A stretch of DNA of 20,000 nt from an uncultured virus (IMG/VR IMGVR_UViG_3300047160_009708) (IMGVR_UViG_3300047160_009708); one strand, 5' to 3'; shown: positions 1 through 8,467, counted from the first letter of the stretch. Numbers and translations: made by a program. Notes: generated by a model not told the origin, from the sequence alone.

Positions 1-981
1 CGCCTCGTCGTGGGCGCGGGTGCCGACCCACTGCCCGAACGCGCGCGCCCACACTTCCGACTTCCTGGCCATGTAGTCAATGTAGCGGTGAATCCACGCG
101 TTGGTCAAAGTCACCGGTCCTCCCACGTCCATACGTGCCTTAGCCTTCATCAGATCCTTATACATGCGCGTCTTCTCAATCGCCGCGAACACCGGCGCGA
201 AGTAGGGGTCGTGGTCATAGTCGCGATCGGGATGGTGCGGTGCCAGATTGACGCCCGGCACACCCACGCCATCAAGCCAGTGACCGGTCTCGTGCGCGAT
301 CGCCAGGTAGGTCAGCCTGGAAAACGAATTGATCTCCAGGCTACTGCACGAGCCGTCATCCTTGAAGTAGGTGACCCCCTCATCGCCGGGCTGGCCCAGG
401 AATTCCTTGACCTGGATCGGCGCCAGCTTGCCGTCCGACATAATGCTATCAATGGATTTATATGTCTTCTCGAACGCGGCGCGCTTGTCCTCCACGCTTT
501 GGTCATACTTCACCATCGAGGACACCTTGGTCCCCTCGCCCGGCTGCACATGCACGTCCGCGACCGGACGCGCCACGCGCGGTCGGCGCGGCGGCTTGGG
601 CGCTTCGGTCGGCGTCGGCGTCTCGGCTGGCTTGGCCGGTGTGGGCTCGGGCGCCGCTGCGGGTTTGGGCTCGACCGGTCGGGGCGCCTCTACGAGCTTG
701 TGGCCGTTGCCCTTATCCGGCACCTTGGCGAACTCGCCCGCGTTCTCAGGCTGGCCCCTCGGGTGCTTCTGCTCGTCCCACCCCGACCGCGCGTACCGCT
801 CTTTCGCTTGCGCCTTGGGCGGGAACGTTTCGCCCTTCCTGAGATAACGGACGTCGCCACCCTCGAACAGCGTCATCAACTCACGCACCGCGCGCGCACG
901 CGACCAACCGAATCGCTTCATGATCTCCCGAATGCCCTTTTCGGTCGGCTTCCGGCCCGGTTGTGGCTGCGCGTACTTCAC
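1..981 (-). CDS. Putative virion-associated zincin metallopeptidase with HPRG motif (partial, runs off left edge; not in ORF track)
   Basis: Manual translation from GTG at 981 (GTGA overlap with the portal stop at 978-980) is open to base 1: MKYAQPQPGRK...KERYARSGWDEQKHPRGQPENAGEFAK...Pro/Ala linker...IAHETGHWLDGVGVPG...DRDYDHD...EVWARAFGQWVGTR. It is clearly paralogous to the portal C-terminal region. Confidence 0.85.
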   Translation of the reverse strand, partial: MKYAQPQPGRKPTEKGIREIMKRFGWSRARAVRELMTLFEGGDVRYLRKGETFPPKAQAKERYARSGWDEQKHPRGQPENAGEFAKVPDKGNGHKLVEAPRPVEPKPAAAPEPTPAKPAETPTPTEAPKPPRRPRVARPVADVHVQPGEGTKVSSMVKYDQSVEDKRAAFEKTYKSIDSIMSDGKLAPIQVKEFLGQPGDEGVTYFKDDGSCSSLEINSFSRLTYLAIAHETGHWLDGVGVPGVNLAPHHPDRDYDHDPYFAPVFAAIEKTRMYKDLMKAKARMDVGGPVTLTNAWIHRYIDYMARKSEVWARAFGQWVGTRAHDEA

Positions 982-3695
982 GGTTTCTTGATCCACCCTA
1001 ACTTCGTGAACATGGCATCAATCGCCTTGCCGATCGGCGCGAAATCCTCGTCCTGCCACTGGTCGGCAAGGTCGGGATTGCCCGCGCCCGGCTCGGGCTT
1101 CCAGGCGCGGTAGACGTTCAGATCCTTCATCATATCACGATCACGGCTGCGTGTCGCCACCCACTGCGCATACGCCCGCGCCCATACCTCGTGCGGCGCC
1201 AGCAGATAATCGACAAACCCCCCGAGATCATCCTGGCCGCCGCGCCCCTCCGCTTGCAGGTCGCGCCGCGCTTGATGAAGCGACTTGTACGCTTGCGACG
1301 CCTTCAAGGCCGCGAACACACCCTTAAAGTGTTCGTCGTGGTCGTAGTCGCGATTCTTGCCCATCTCGGTCCGGCCACCCGGTATGCCCACCGCGTCCAG
1401 CCAGTGCCCGCTCTCGTGCGCGACCGTCAACAGGGGATAATCCATTTTCGTGCTGAACATAATGCCGACCACGTTGTCGTCGTTGTCGAAAACCGTCGCA
1501 CCGGCCGCGCTCGTGCCCGGTGGCGCCGAGCCGATCACGATCGGGTACAAGTCACCGTCAGACATCAAGTGATCCATAATTTGATATGTCTGCTTCACTT
1601 CATCCGAGAATGGGAAGTGGGCGTCCAGATAGTAGCGCACCGCCTTCGAGATCGGCGCGCCCTTGCCGGGCCGGAACAGCGGCGTGCCCGCGTCGCGGTC
1701 GGCCTTGGGCTTGGGCGGCTTCGCAGTCGCCGTCATGGACGTCGCGGTCGGCCGCGATTCCTGAGTGGATGCGGGCTTCGTCGGCGCCTTGGGCTCGGCC
1801 TTCGGCTGGGCGCCCTTGCCGGTCGTGCCGCCCTGCCGGGGCGCGAACTCGCCCGCATTCTCAGGCTGACCGCGCGGGTGCTTCGTCTTGTCCCAGGTCG
1901 TCGCGGCGTACCGCACGCGCTCGTGCCGCTGGCGCTCGACCACGGGTGGCGGCGCGCCTTCGCCCTGCCGCGCGTAGGTCGGCGGTCGGCTCAGCACGCC
2001 ACCGGTCGCGTTCGGGCCGGGCGCCGTCCCACGTCGCGGCGCCTGGCCACCGAGCGCCATCCCACCGCCCGCCGCGCCCGCACCATTGCCACCGCTGGCC
2101 GGATAGGCGGCCTCGCCACCTGCCTGCGCGGGCGCGCCCTGGCCGCCCGGCATCATGCCGCCGCCCATCATCTGCTGCTGCTGTTGCATCTGCTGCTGCT
2201 GCACCGCCGCCATGATCCGCTGCGCCCGCACACCGAGCGCCTCGTCATCCTTCTTGGGCGACTTGAACCCGCCCAACTTGAGCACGTCCGCCTCGGCCAG
2301 CGTGCCGCCCATACCCACAATCAGCTGACCGGCCTGCAACCGCTCCAGCATGTTGGGCGTTTCCAGAATGCTCTTGAAGCGAATCTGGAACGGGAGTTCA
2401 TATCCAGATAGGACCTGATCTCCATACCGCCAGTGATTGAGCCGAATCAGCGGACCCAAAAGCTGGTCCGTGATCGTCTCGTCCAGCGAGGTCGCGTCCG
2501 ACCGAATGCGAATTGCCTCGACGTTGCCGCTGTACTCAATCGCCGACTCAGTGCGCGCGCCACCGGCACCCATCACCATCGATTGCTCGTTGATCCCCAG
2601 GATGTCGTACTCAATGATCGAATCGAAGTATTGCACCCACTGGTCGAACACCGGATAAGCGGCGGCTGATGCCTCGATGTGATGAATGTTCGACTGCGGA
2701 TCGCCCTGGCCCGGCTGCTTGGGCATCACGCCGACGTTGAAGTCCACGACATCCTTCACCGCCTGAATCACCGCCTGGCGGTCGGCCATGTCGCCCGACT
2801 GATAGAAACCAATGAGCATACCATTCACACTCAAGCGCTGTAATGCGTTCATCGCCCAGGAGAGAACCTCGGTGCGAATCCACCACTGGTGATAGACGCG
2901 AGACCGCATGCCGATGCCGTAGATCGCGGCGGCCATGTCGGCCTCATACTGGAAATCGGTGTCGCGCGGTTCGAAGGTGTGGATGACGAACTGGTCGCGG
3001 TCGGCGGCGTCGGTGAGAAAGAGCGCCATGCCGCGATCGGCGAGTTGGATAAGCTCCGACTTGCCGAACGGGCGATAGTCCGGGAACACAAAGATGCCTG
3101 GGGTCCCGTCCCACTTCCAGACAATTTTGTCCCCTTGCAGGGGTACATGCTTCTTAACGACAACACGGGATACGCCATTGACCATCTTTCTGGTATAAAC
3201 GACCTGCACGCCCGCCTTCCCGAAGAAGATCGCTTCCAGCAGCGAGTTGCGCAGGTCGTAGAAGCGCGGCGTCGCCTTCACCAGCCGCGTCACCTCCTCG
3301 GCGACCGCGATCTGGTACGGGTTCTCGGTGTCGTCCGGCTCTAGCTCCCAGTCGAGCGACGCCACCGGCAGCTTCCGCCGCGTCATCAACTTATCAATGA
3401 ATGCGTCACGCCGACATGCGAGCGCATCCGTCCAGTTGACACGTGTCGCTTCGTCGAACCACGTCCGGAACGTTTCGCTGACCGTGTTGTAGATCGCCGC
3501 CCATTGCTTCTCGGGCGAGATCACATAGCGGTCTAATTCCGGGATGCCCTGCTGATGCAGCCGCCGACCGGACAGTAGCTCGGGGAGCGCCGAGTCGGGG
3601 ATCGTGGACGCGACCTGACTGAGTATCTCAGCCACGCCCTCGATGGCGCTCTGGCCCAGGGTCGGTCGATTTTCAGGCTCGATGTCTTGCGTCAT
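978..3695 (-). CDS. Phage portal protein (DUF935/Mu gp29-like) with Gln/Gly-rich linker and C-terminal HExxH zincin domain
   Basis: The N-terminal ~490 aa has DUF935-like motifs (RKLPVASLDWELEP, LLEAIFFGKAGVQVVY, GIGMRSRVYHQWW) and the gene lies downstream of terL. WDKTKHPRGQPENAGEFA is at aa 601-618, followed by AHESGHWLD and EVWARAYAQW. Confidence 0.85.
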   Translation of the reverse strand: MTQDIEPENRPTLGQSAIEGVAEILSQVASTIPDSALPELLSGRRLHQQGIPELDRYVISPEKQWAAIYNTVSETFRTWFDEATRVNWTDALACRRDAFIDKLMTRRKLPVASLDWELEPDDTENPYQIAVAEEVTRLVKATPRFYDLRNSLLEAIFFGKAGVQVVYTRKMVNGVSRVVVKKHVPLQGDKIVWKWDGTPGIFVFPDYRPFGKSELIQLADRGMALFLTDAADRDQFVIHTFEPRDTDFQYEADMAAAIYGIGMRSRVYHQWWIRTEVLSWAMNALQRLSVNGMLIGFYQSGDMADRQAVIQAVKDVVDFNVGVMPKQPGQGDPQSNIHHIEASAAAYPVFDQWVQYFDSIIEYDILGINEQSMVMGAGGARTESAIEYSGNVEAIRIRSDATSLDETITDQLLGPLIRLNHWRYGDQVLSGYELPFQIRFKSILETPNMLERLQAGQLIVGMGGTLAEADVLKLGGFKSPKKDDEALGVRAQRIMAAVQQQQMQQQQQMMGGGMMPGGQGAPAQAGGEAAYPASGGNGAGAAGGGMALGGQAPRRGTAPGPNATGGVLSRPPTYARQGEGAPPPVVERQRHERVRYAATTWDKTKHPRGQPENAGEFAPRQGGTTGKGAQPKAEPKAPTKPASTQESRPTATSMTATAKPPKPKADRDAGTPLFRPGKGAPISKAVRYYLDAHFPFSDEVKQTYQIMDHLMSDGDLYPIVIGSAPPGTSAAGATVFDNDDNVVGIMFSTKMDYPLLTVAHESGHWLDAVGIPGGRTEMGKNRDYDHDEHFKGVFAALKASQAYKSLHQARRDLQAEGRGGQDDLGGFVDYLLAPHEVWARAYAQWVATRSRDRDMMKDLNVYRAWKPEPGAGNPDLADQWQDEDFAPIGKAIDAMFTKLGWIKKP

Positions 3696-3700
3696 CTAGC

Positions 3701-3952
3701 TCAGCCGGTCGGGTTCATCGGGTACGCGCTCGCCGCTTCCTTGGGCTTCGGTTGCACGCCGATCAGGAGCGACGCCGGGCCGTAGTCTGCGGGATGCGAC
3801 CGCACATTGGACGAACCGGCGATCAGGTCGCGCAGCAAGCGCACCTCGTCGCGGCTCATGTTATCGATGCACCGCAGCAGCATGCGCGGGGTCAGGATCG
3901 CATCCTTGAGCGTGCCGAACTCCTCCGTGCCGGGATCAGTGGTCGCGCTCAT
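3701..3952 (-). CDS. Hypothetical protein (83 aa)
   Basis: ATGA overlap with the upstream gene, GGAG RBS, and it ends 5 nt before the portal start. Confidence 0.7.
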   Translation of the reverse strand: MSATTDPGTEEFGTLKDAILTPRMLLRCIDNMSRDEVRLLRDLIAGSSNVRSHPADYGPASLLIGVQPKPKEAASAYPMNPTG

Positions 3953-4203
3953 GCGGGTGTCTCCGTGAGTTTGCGGGCCTTGGGATCAGCCTTGGCCGCG
4001 TCCAGCTTGCGCTGCGGCTCCTTGAGGAAACCGAGCACGGGCGCCGGGTCGGGCTCGCCCAGGTCGGCGCGCAGTTCGACCGTCAGCCTATCGATCTCGA
4101 ACACCCCGCGCCGCCGCCTGCTGCGATCCGACGGGTTCGCGATCGCGTCCATCATCTCGTCGCGGATCGCGGTCAGCCGTTCAATGATGTTTTGCGTGTT
4201 CAT
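3949..4203 (-). CDS. Hypothetical protein (MNTQNIIERL..., 84 aa)
   Basis: GAGGA RBS before ATG 4203; packs tightly between neighbours. The longer 4779 start in the ORF track overlaps another gene. Confidence 0.7.
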   Translation of the reverse strand: MNTQNIIERLTAIRDEMMDAIANPSDRSRRRRGVFEIDRLTVELRADLGEPDPAPVLGFLKEPQRKLDAAKADPKARKLTETPA

Positions 4204-4210
4204 ATTGTCC

Positions 4211-4843
4211 TCACTTGTGGCACTGGCACATGCGCACCACGCGTCGGTAGACCGAATCCTTGCGCACGTCGCGCGCGTTGCACTCGGTGCGCGCGAACCG
4301 GACGGTGCCGCGCGGCGCGCCCGACTCACTGACCGCCTCCTTGACCGCCTCGACGCCCTCTCTGATGCCGTGATGGAATCCGTGCGCCAACCCGTGGCCG
4401 AACGCGGCGACCGGTCCGTGTTCGCTGTGTCCGCCCACGTGGCCGCCGTGGCCGCCGACGTGGGGCAGGCCGTGGCCCGCCGCGTGCGCGGCCGGATGCA
4501 TCGCCTTGGCGCCGCCGGGCACCTTGGTCGGGCCGGGGGCTGGGGTCTTGGTGCCGCCGCCCGCGCCCGCCGCGCGCCATGCCACCGCGCCCGAATCGAC
4601 GCCGGGTATCGCCTTTGGCTTCCGGGGCGCGCGCGGCTTGGGCTGCTTGCCGGGGTCCATGCCGCCCGGCGGTCCGGCGATGTAGCGCTCCTTGCACGCC
4701 GCCCCTTCGTACTTGGCGTGGCCCGTCTCGCGCGCGTTCGACAGTGCCGCCGCCACCGCTTGCTTTTGCGGGTGGCCACTGTGGACCATCTCGCTGATGT
4801 TGTGTGAAATTGTTTCCTGACTGCTCCCAGGTCGTAACGGCAT
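4211..4843 (-). CDS. Phage protein with N-terminal MPL..GSSQ.TIS.NISE...[10 protein letters not shown] motif and His/Gly-rich region
   Basis: The N-terminal motif is one I recognise from small proteins in phage head-gene regions; GAGGG RBS; low-complexity His/Gly C-terminal half. Confidence 0.75.
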   Translation of the reverse strand: MPLRPGSSQETISHNISEMVHSGHPQKQAVAAALSNARETGHAKYEGAACKERYIAGPPGGMDPGKQPKPRAPRKPKAIPGVDSGAVAWRAAGAGGGTKTPAPGPTKVPGGAKAMHPAAHAAGHGLPHVGGHGGHVGGHSEHGPVAAFGHGLAHGFHHGIREGVEAVKEAVSESGAPRGTVRFARTECNARDVRKDSVYRRVVRMCQCHK

Positions 4844-4858
4844 GGTGCCCTCGTGGTG

Positions 4859-5122
4859 TTAGGCGGCTACCCGGATCTCGGTTGCGAGGTATGTGTCGGG
4901 GTCGAGTGCCGAGTACATGATGCACGTGGCTGGGGTCGTGGTCGTATCGACAACCACGCACGGCCCATTGGCTGATAGATCGTCGTGCAGCGCTTGGTTG
5001 GCTGCGGTCAAGTTATCCTGGGCTGCTTGCAAGTCGGCGCCCGCCTGTTGCATCGCGGCCTGCGCCTGGTCGAATGCCGTCTTGGCGGCGAGCGCCGCGT
5101 CGATTAGCTCTTTGCTGGTCAT
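4859..5122 (-). CDS. Hypothetical Ala/Gln-rich coiled-coil protein (87 aa)
   Basis: AGGAG RBS upstream of ATG 5122 (MTSKELIDAALAAK...). Confidence 0.75.
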   Translation of the reverse strand: MTSKELIDAALAAKTAFDQAQAAMQQAGADLQAAQDNLTAANQALHDDLSANGPCVVVDTTTTPATCIMYSALDPDTYLATEIRVAA

Positions 5123-5139
5123 GACTTTGCTCCTGCGCC

Positions 5140-5397
5140 TTAGCTTTCCCATGCTCGGATAACGCCATGCGCATCCCATAAACAGCAGCACATCCGATAG
5201 TTGACATCCATGTTCACTTCACGATGATTGCAGTGGCCGGTCTGGTGCGGTGTACCTCGGAAATAACGGCACGAACCGCAGTTTGTCCCAGGTATGCCGC
5301 GTGGCAGCGTGATCAGGTCCACGTGCTTGGCGCGATGCAGGGCCTCGGGCACGAGGCCGCCGTTCTTGTCCTTCTTCTCACCAGCGCGGTCGGCCAT
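5140..5397 (-). CDS. Small Cys-rich protein, HiPIP-like Fe-S or metal-binding motif
   Basis: MADRAG...NCGSCRYF-x7-GHC-x13-CCCLW resembles the HiPIP Cys spacing. The start was chosen to minimise overlap with the upstream gene. Confidence 0.6.
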   Translation of the reverse strand: MADRAGEKKDKNGGLVPEALHRAKHVDLITLPRGIPGTNCGSCRYFRGTPHQTGHCNHREVNMDVNYRMCCCLWDAHGVIRAWES

Positions 5398-5590
5398 CGT
5401 GGTCGTAGCGCTCCGCGTTGTCCACAAGGCATTGGTAGAAGACGCCCGATCCTTGTTCGGGGTTGGCCACGTAGTAGACGTCGTGCTGTTGAATCGATCC
5501 GGCCAGGTAGCCGACCGGCTCGAATAGCTCATCGGTGTTCGCGTCCGGGGACGCGACGGCCTCATGGATGTCGATCTCTTGATAATTCAT
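5378..5590 (-). CDS. Hypothetical acidic protein (70 aa)
   Basis: GGAGG RBS and ATGA overlap with the KTSC gene stop (MNYQEIDIHE...). Confidence 0.7.
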   Translation of the reverse strand: MNYQEIDIHEAVASPDANTDELFEPVGYLAGSIQQHDVYYVANPEQGSGVFYQCLVDNAERYDHDGRPRW

Positions 5591-6210
5591 CGCTTGCCTC
5601 CCAAGAGCCGTCCCAGCCATTGCATGGCTCCTTGTTCGATCTTACCGAGCGTGGTCTGCGCCGTGGCGGTCGCTGGGCCGGGCGCGGTCGCATTGGTGGC
5701 GCGGGCCGCCGCCATGTCGCGGTCGCGCTGCAAGATGTTCCCCAGTCGGCCAGCGGGCAGCGGGCCGCCGAACAGTTGTGGGTGATCGCGGCGGTAGGCC
5801 GCGTAGCCGCCGGGATAGGTCGCGGCGGGCGGCTCAGCGAGGAAGATTTTGGCGTCGGGGTTCGGTGGCTTGCCGCCCGGCCCGGACATTTTGCGGTAAT
5901 TGATAATGCCCGCGCGACAACGGGGACGGAGCACATACCACACCCATTTGCCTTTGGATGAGGAGTTTTTGAAGTAATCCCAATCCTCGTTGGAAATGGG
6001 GTCATACTCATAAGCGGTGCCATTCTTGAACTCAATGCGCATGAAATGCCACTGCGGGTCGTAGCCGATCGCCGCCACGTTCGACGACTCGACCGGCATC
6101 ATGTTGTACGTCGGACGCGTCGAGATATTGACATACGGTGGCGGGTCGATCTTGCCGCGCAGCCGCGCGTAGCGTTCGGGGATAAAGCAGTCGGACGTGC
6201 GCTCTTTCAT
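5587..6210 (-). CDS. KTSC-domain protein with C-terminal extension
   Basis: MMPVESSNVAAIGYD...IEFKNG..YEY..I....W..F..SSSKGKW is a typical KTSC signature; ATGA overlap with terL. Confidence 0.85.
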   Translation of the reverse strand: MKERTSDCFIPERYARLRGKIDPPPYVNISTRPTYNMMPVESSNVAAIGYDPQWHFMRIEFKNGTAYEYDPISNEDWDYFKNSSSKGKWVWYVLRPRCRAGIINYRKMSGPGGKPPNPDAKIFLAEPPAATYPGGYAAYRRDHPQLFGGPLPAGRLGNILQRDRDMAAARATNATAPGPATATAQTTLGKIEQGAMQWLGRLLGGKR

Positions 6211-8009
6211 CGGAATCTCCAGCGCGCCGCGCCGTTCTCAGGCTGCCGCTTGCTGAACACCGCAGCGACCGAATCGACCCCGCGCGCCGCCTGCTGCTCT
6301 TCCGTGCGAAAGAACGGGGTCGCGTTGTGGTGCTGGTCGCGGATGGGGTAGGCGTGCGGGATCACGCGCTCGAACTTCACCTTTTCGGTGGCGATGGGGT
6401 AGTAGGCGAGCGCCATGGCGTCGAGGTCATCGGGTGAGCGGCCGAGGCGGGCCTTGATGCCGTGCTTGGGCTCGGCGACGCGGCGACCGACGGGATCGAG
6501 CCGATAGGTGATGCCGATGGCCTGCCGTCTAAGCTCCTGCTGCTGTTCGGTCGGGATCGGCGCGAGACAAAGCCGACCCATCGCCATCCGTTCCGCGAGC
6601 GCAAATAAGAGTTCGGATCGGACATTGGGGTACTTGTCCTCTTCGTGGGCCGTCGAGCCCGATCGGATGGGGATGAACTGGAACGTGACGCCCTGAGTGC
6701 GCAGCGGGTCTTGGGAGCGGCGGTCCTCATCGGTCGGCTCGGAGTAGCGTTGGTCGGTGACGCCGCCGCCCACGCCGTCGTCGTCGATCAGGACGGGGAT
6801 CTCGTAGGGTCGGACGTTGACGGCCGCCGCGTACTCGCGCGCCAGTTGCTTGAGCACGTTCGCCGTCTGGGTTGTGCTGTGCTTGCGGTAGGTGCGATGC
6901 TCCAGCGATTGGTCCCCCTGGCGGACGTGGATGCAGGTCGCGTCGTCGCCGAACCGGGCCACGTCGCAACCGATCACGGGGACTTCACGTGTTTGCTTAT
7001 CAATCTGTTTGCGCGCGGCCAGTTCGAAGGCCGCGTCGCTGAAGATCGAGTAGGCCGACTGGGCCGGGTAGCGCCCGAGCACGCGCGCTTCGCCGACCGG
7101 TCCGGGGCGCCAGAAGCGGGCCGGGAAGCCGGTTGTGATGCCGTGCAGGTGCGCGGCGGTGAAGTCGGCCAGTCCGTAGGTGGCGGGGTCGCCCAGGTCC
7201 ACGTCGGTCGGCTGCTCTTCGCCCTCCTCGATCCAGTCGCCCCAATCGTCCATGTTCTCGGCGAGTTGGGCGATGCGCACGGCTGCGGGGATCGGTGGGT
7301 CGGCGCCGCGTAGCTCCGCTTCAATGTTGGGATGTTCAAAGGCAGATACGTTGATAACGGTCCAGCCGCCCGATATCTCCTCGGTGTAGGCGTGGCTGCT
7401 ACTGTCGGTCGGGTTGCAGATGGCGAGCCAGCGGCAGATGCCACCGGACAGGACGCCACGGGCCGCGTCCCAGAATTCCTGATCGACGCCCACGCACTCC
7501 TCGAACACAACCAGCATTGCTTCTTCGTGCATGCCTTGAAATGACGTTGCATCGCTGGCCGTGAAGCCAGTCATGAGGTGACCGATGTGGTCCTCGATGC
7601 GCGGGCTCTTGGGATAGATGCCGGGCCGGTTGCCGTAGAGTCGGCGGATTTCCTTGAACGTGATGTCATTGACTTGCCGCTCAATGGGCGCCGTGAGAAT
7701 GATCAGGGCCGGATCGTTGGTCATGTAGAACCACACGCACGCCGCGCCGGCCAGCCAACTTTTACCGATATTGTTCGCGGACTTGACTAGCACGCGGTGC
7801 GGTGGCTCGACCAGCGCGCGCAGGATTTGCTCCTGCTTGGCCGTGAGGCTAGCGCCCAGCACCTCGCGCACGAACGCGACGGGATCGTTCTGGTACTTGG
7901 CCAGCCAGGCGTCGCGGTCAGGATTGCTTACCGGCTGACCCACCGACTCCACTTGATGGAGCAGGGAGGGCGGCAGGTTGGCTTCCAGCCAGTCTTCGAC
8001 CGACGGCAT
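6207..8009 (-). CDS. terL: Terminase large subunit
   Basis: Walker A VKSANNIGKS, Walker B-like LVVFEE, coupling motif CNPT, RVLGRYP, and RNase H-like nuclease motifs IGCDVARFGDD, IDDDGVGGGV and SPDDLDAMALA. Confidence 0.95.
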   Translation of the reverse strand: MPSVEDWLEANLPPSLLHQVESVGQPVSNPDRDAWLAKYQNDPVAFVREVLGASLTAKQEQILRALVEPPHRVLVKSANNIGKSWLAGAACVWFYMTNDPALIILTAPIERQVNDITFKEIRRLYGNRPGIYPKSPRIEDHIGHLMTGFTASDATSFQGMHEEAMLVVFEECVGVDQEFWDAARGVLSGGICRWLAICNPTDSSSHAYTEEISGGWTVINVSAFEHPNIEAELRGADPPIPAAVRIAQLAENMDDWGDWIEEGEEQPTDVDLGDPATYGLADFTAAHLHGITTGFPARFWRPGPVGEARVLGRYPAQSAYSIFSDAAFELAARKQIDKQTREVPVIGCDVARFGDDATCIHVRQGDQSLEHRTYRKHSTTQTANVLKQLAREYAAAVNVRPYEIPVLIDDDGVGGGVTDQRYSEPTDEDRRSQDPLRTQGVTFQFIPIRSGSTAHEEDKYPNVRSELLFALAERMAMGRLCLAPIPTEQQQELRRQAIGITYRLDPVGRRVAEPKHGIKARLGRSPDDLDAMALAYYPIATEKVKFERVIPHAYPIRDQHHNATPFFRTEEQQAARGVDSVAAVFSKRQPENGAARWRFR

Positions 8010-8358
8010 CGTTGACGACCTTCTCGAAGTCGTAGGAGTCGCGGAATCGCTCGGGGCGATAGCCCTTCAACAAGAACATGAGTAGCGAGTCGGAATACTC
8101 GGTTTGTTCGACGGGTTGGCCCGCGACCGAGACGGTCCGCTTGACACCGTTGACTGCCCGGCGTCGCGCTTCGTCTTCGAGCGCGTCGATCGAATCCTGG
8201 ATTGCCACGTCCCAGGCGTTGCGAAACTCGGTATCGACCTTGCGTCGCGCGTAGGCGGTGGTGCGGCTCACGCCCGCCTTGCGGCAGGCGCGGGAGATGG
8301 TGCCGTAGCGACCGATGTTCTTAAGGAATTCGGTTTCCCAATCAGGCGGTGCTTGCAT
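7918..8358 (-). CDS. terS: Terminase small subunit
   Basis: N-terminal HTH (GTISRACRKAGVSRTTAY), LEDEARRRAVNG and YSDSLLMFLLKG motifs; immediately upstream of terL. Confidence 0.85.
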   Translation of the reverse strand: MQAPPDWETEFLKNIGRYGTISRACRKAGVSRTTAYARRKVDTEFRNAWDVAIQDSIDALEDEARRRAVNGVKRTVSVAGQPVEQTEYSDSLLMFLLKGYRPERFRDSYDFEKVVNDAVGRRLAGSQPAALPAPSSGVGGSAGKQS

Positions 8359-8467
8359 GGGGGATCGCGCGCACCCGCGCGCCTGTCAGGTTGTTATGCA
8401 AACATGCGAACATGTGCGTTAGTCATGAGTACCTTGACGGCTGGTAGCGGTTTCGCGTTGTGTCGCA

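Noticed and set aside
975..985. Possible frameshift or readthrough joining the portal to the downstream peptidase gene
   Set aside because: The GTGA stop/start overlap is ordinary translational coupling, and no clear slippery heptamer is visible.
10..4807. Long plus-strand ORFs (10-1113, 1191-2411, 3752-4807 and others)
   Set aside because: Arg/Ala-rich antisense shadows of well-supported minus-strand genes, expected in high-GC DNA; no recognisable motifs.
5390..5415. RYDHD in the 5378-5590 protein resembling RDYDHD of the two peptidases
   Set aside because: Too short and without surrounding similarity; probably coincidence.
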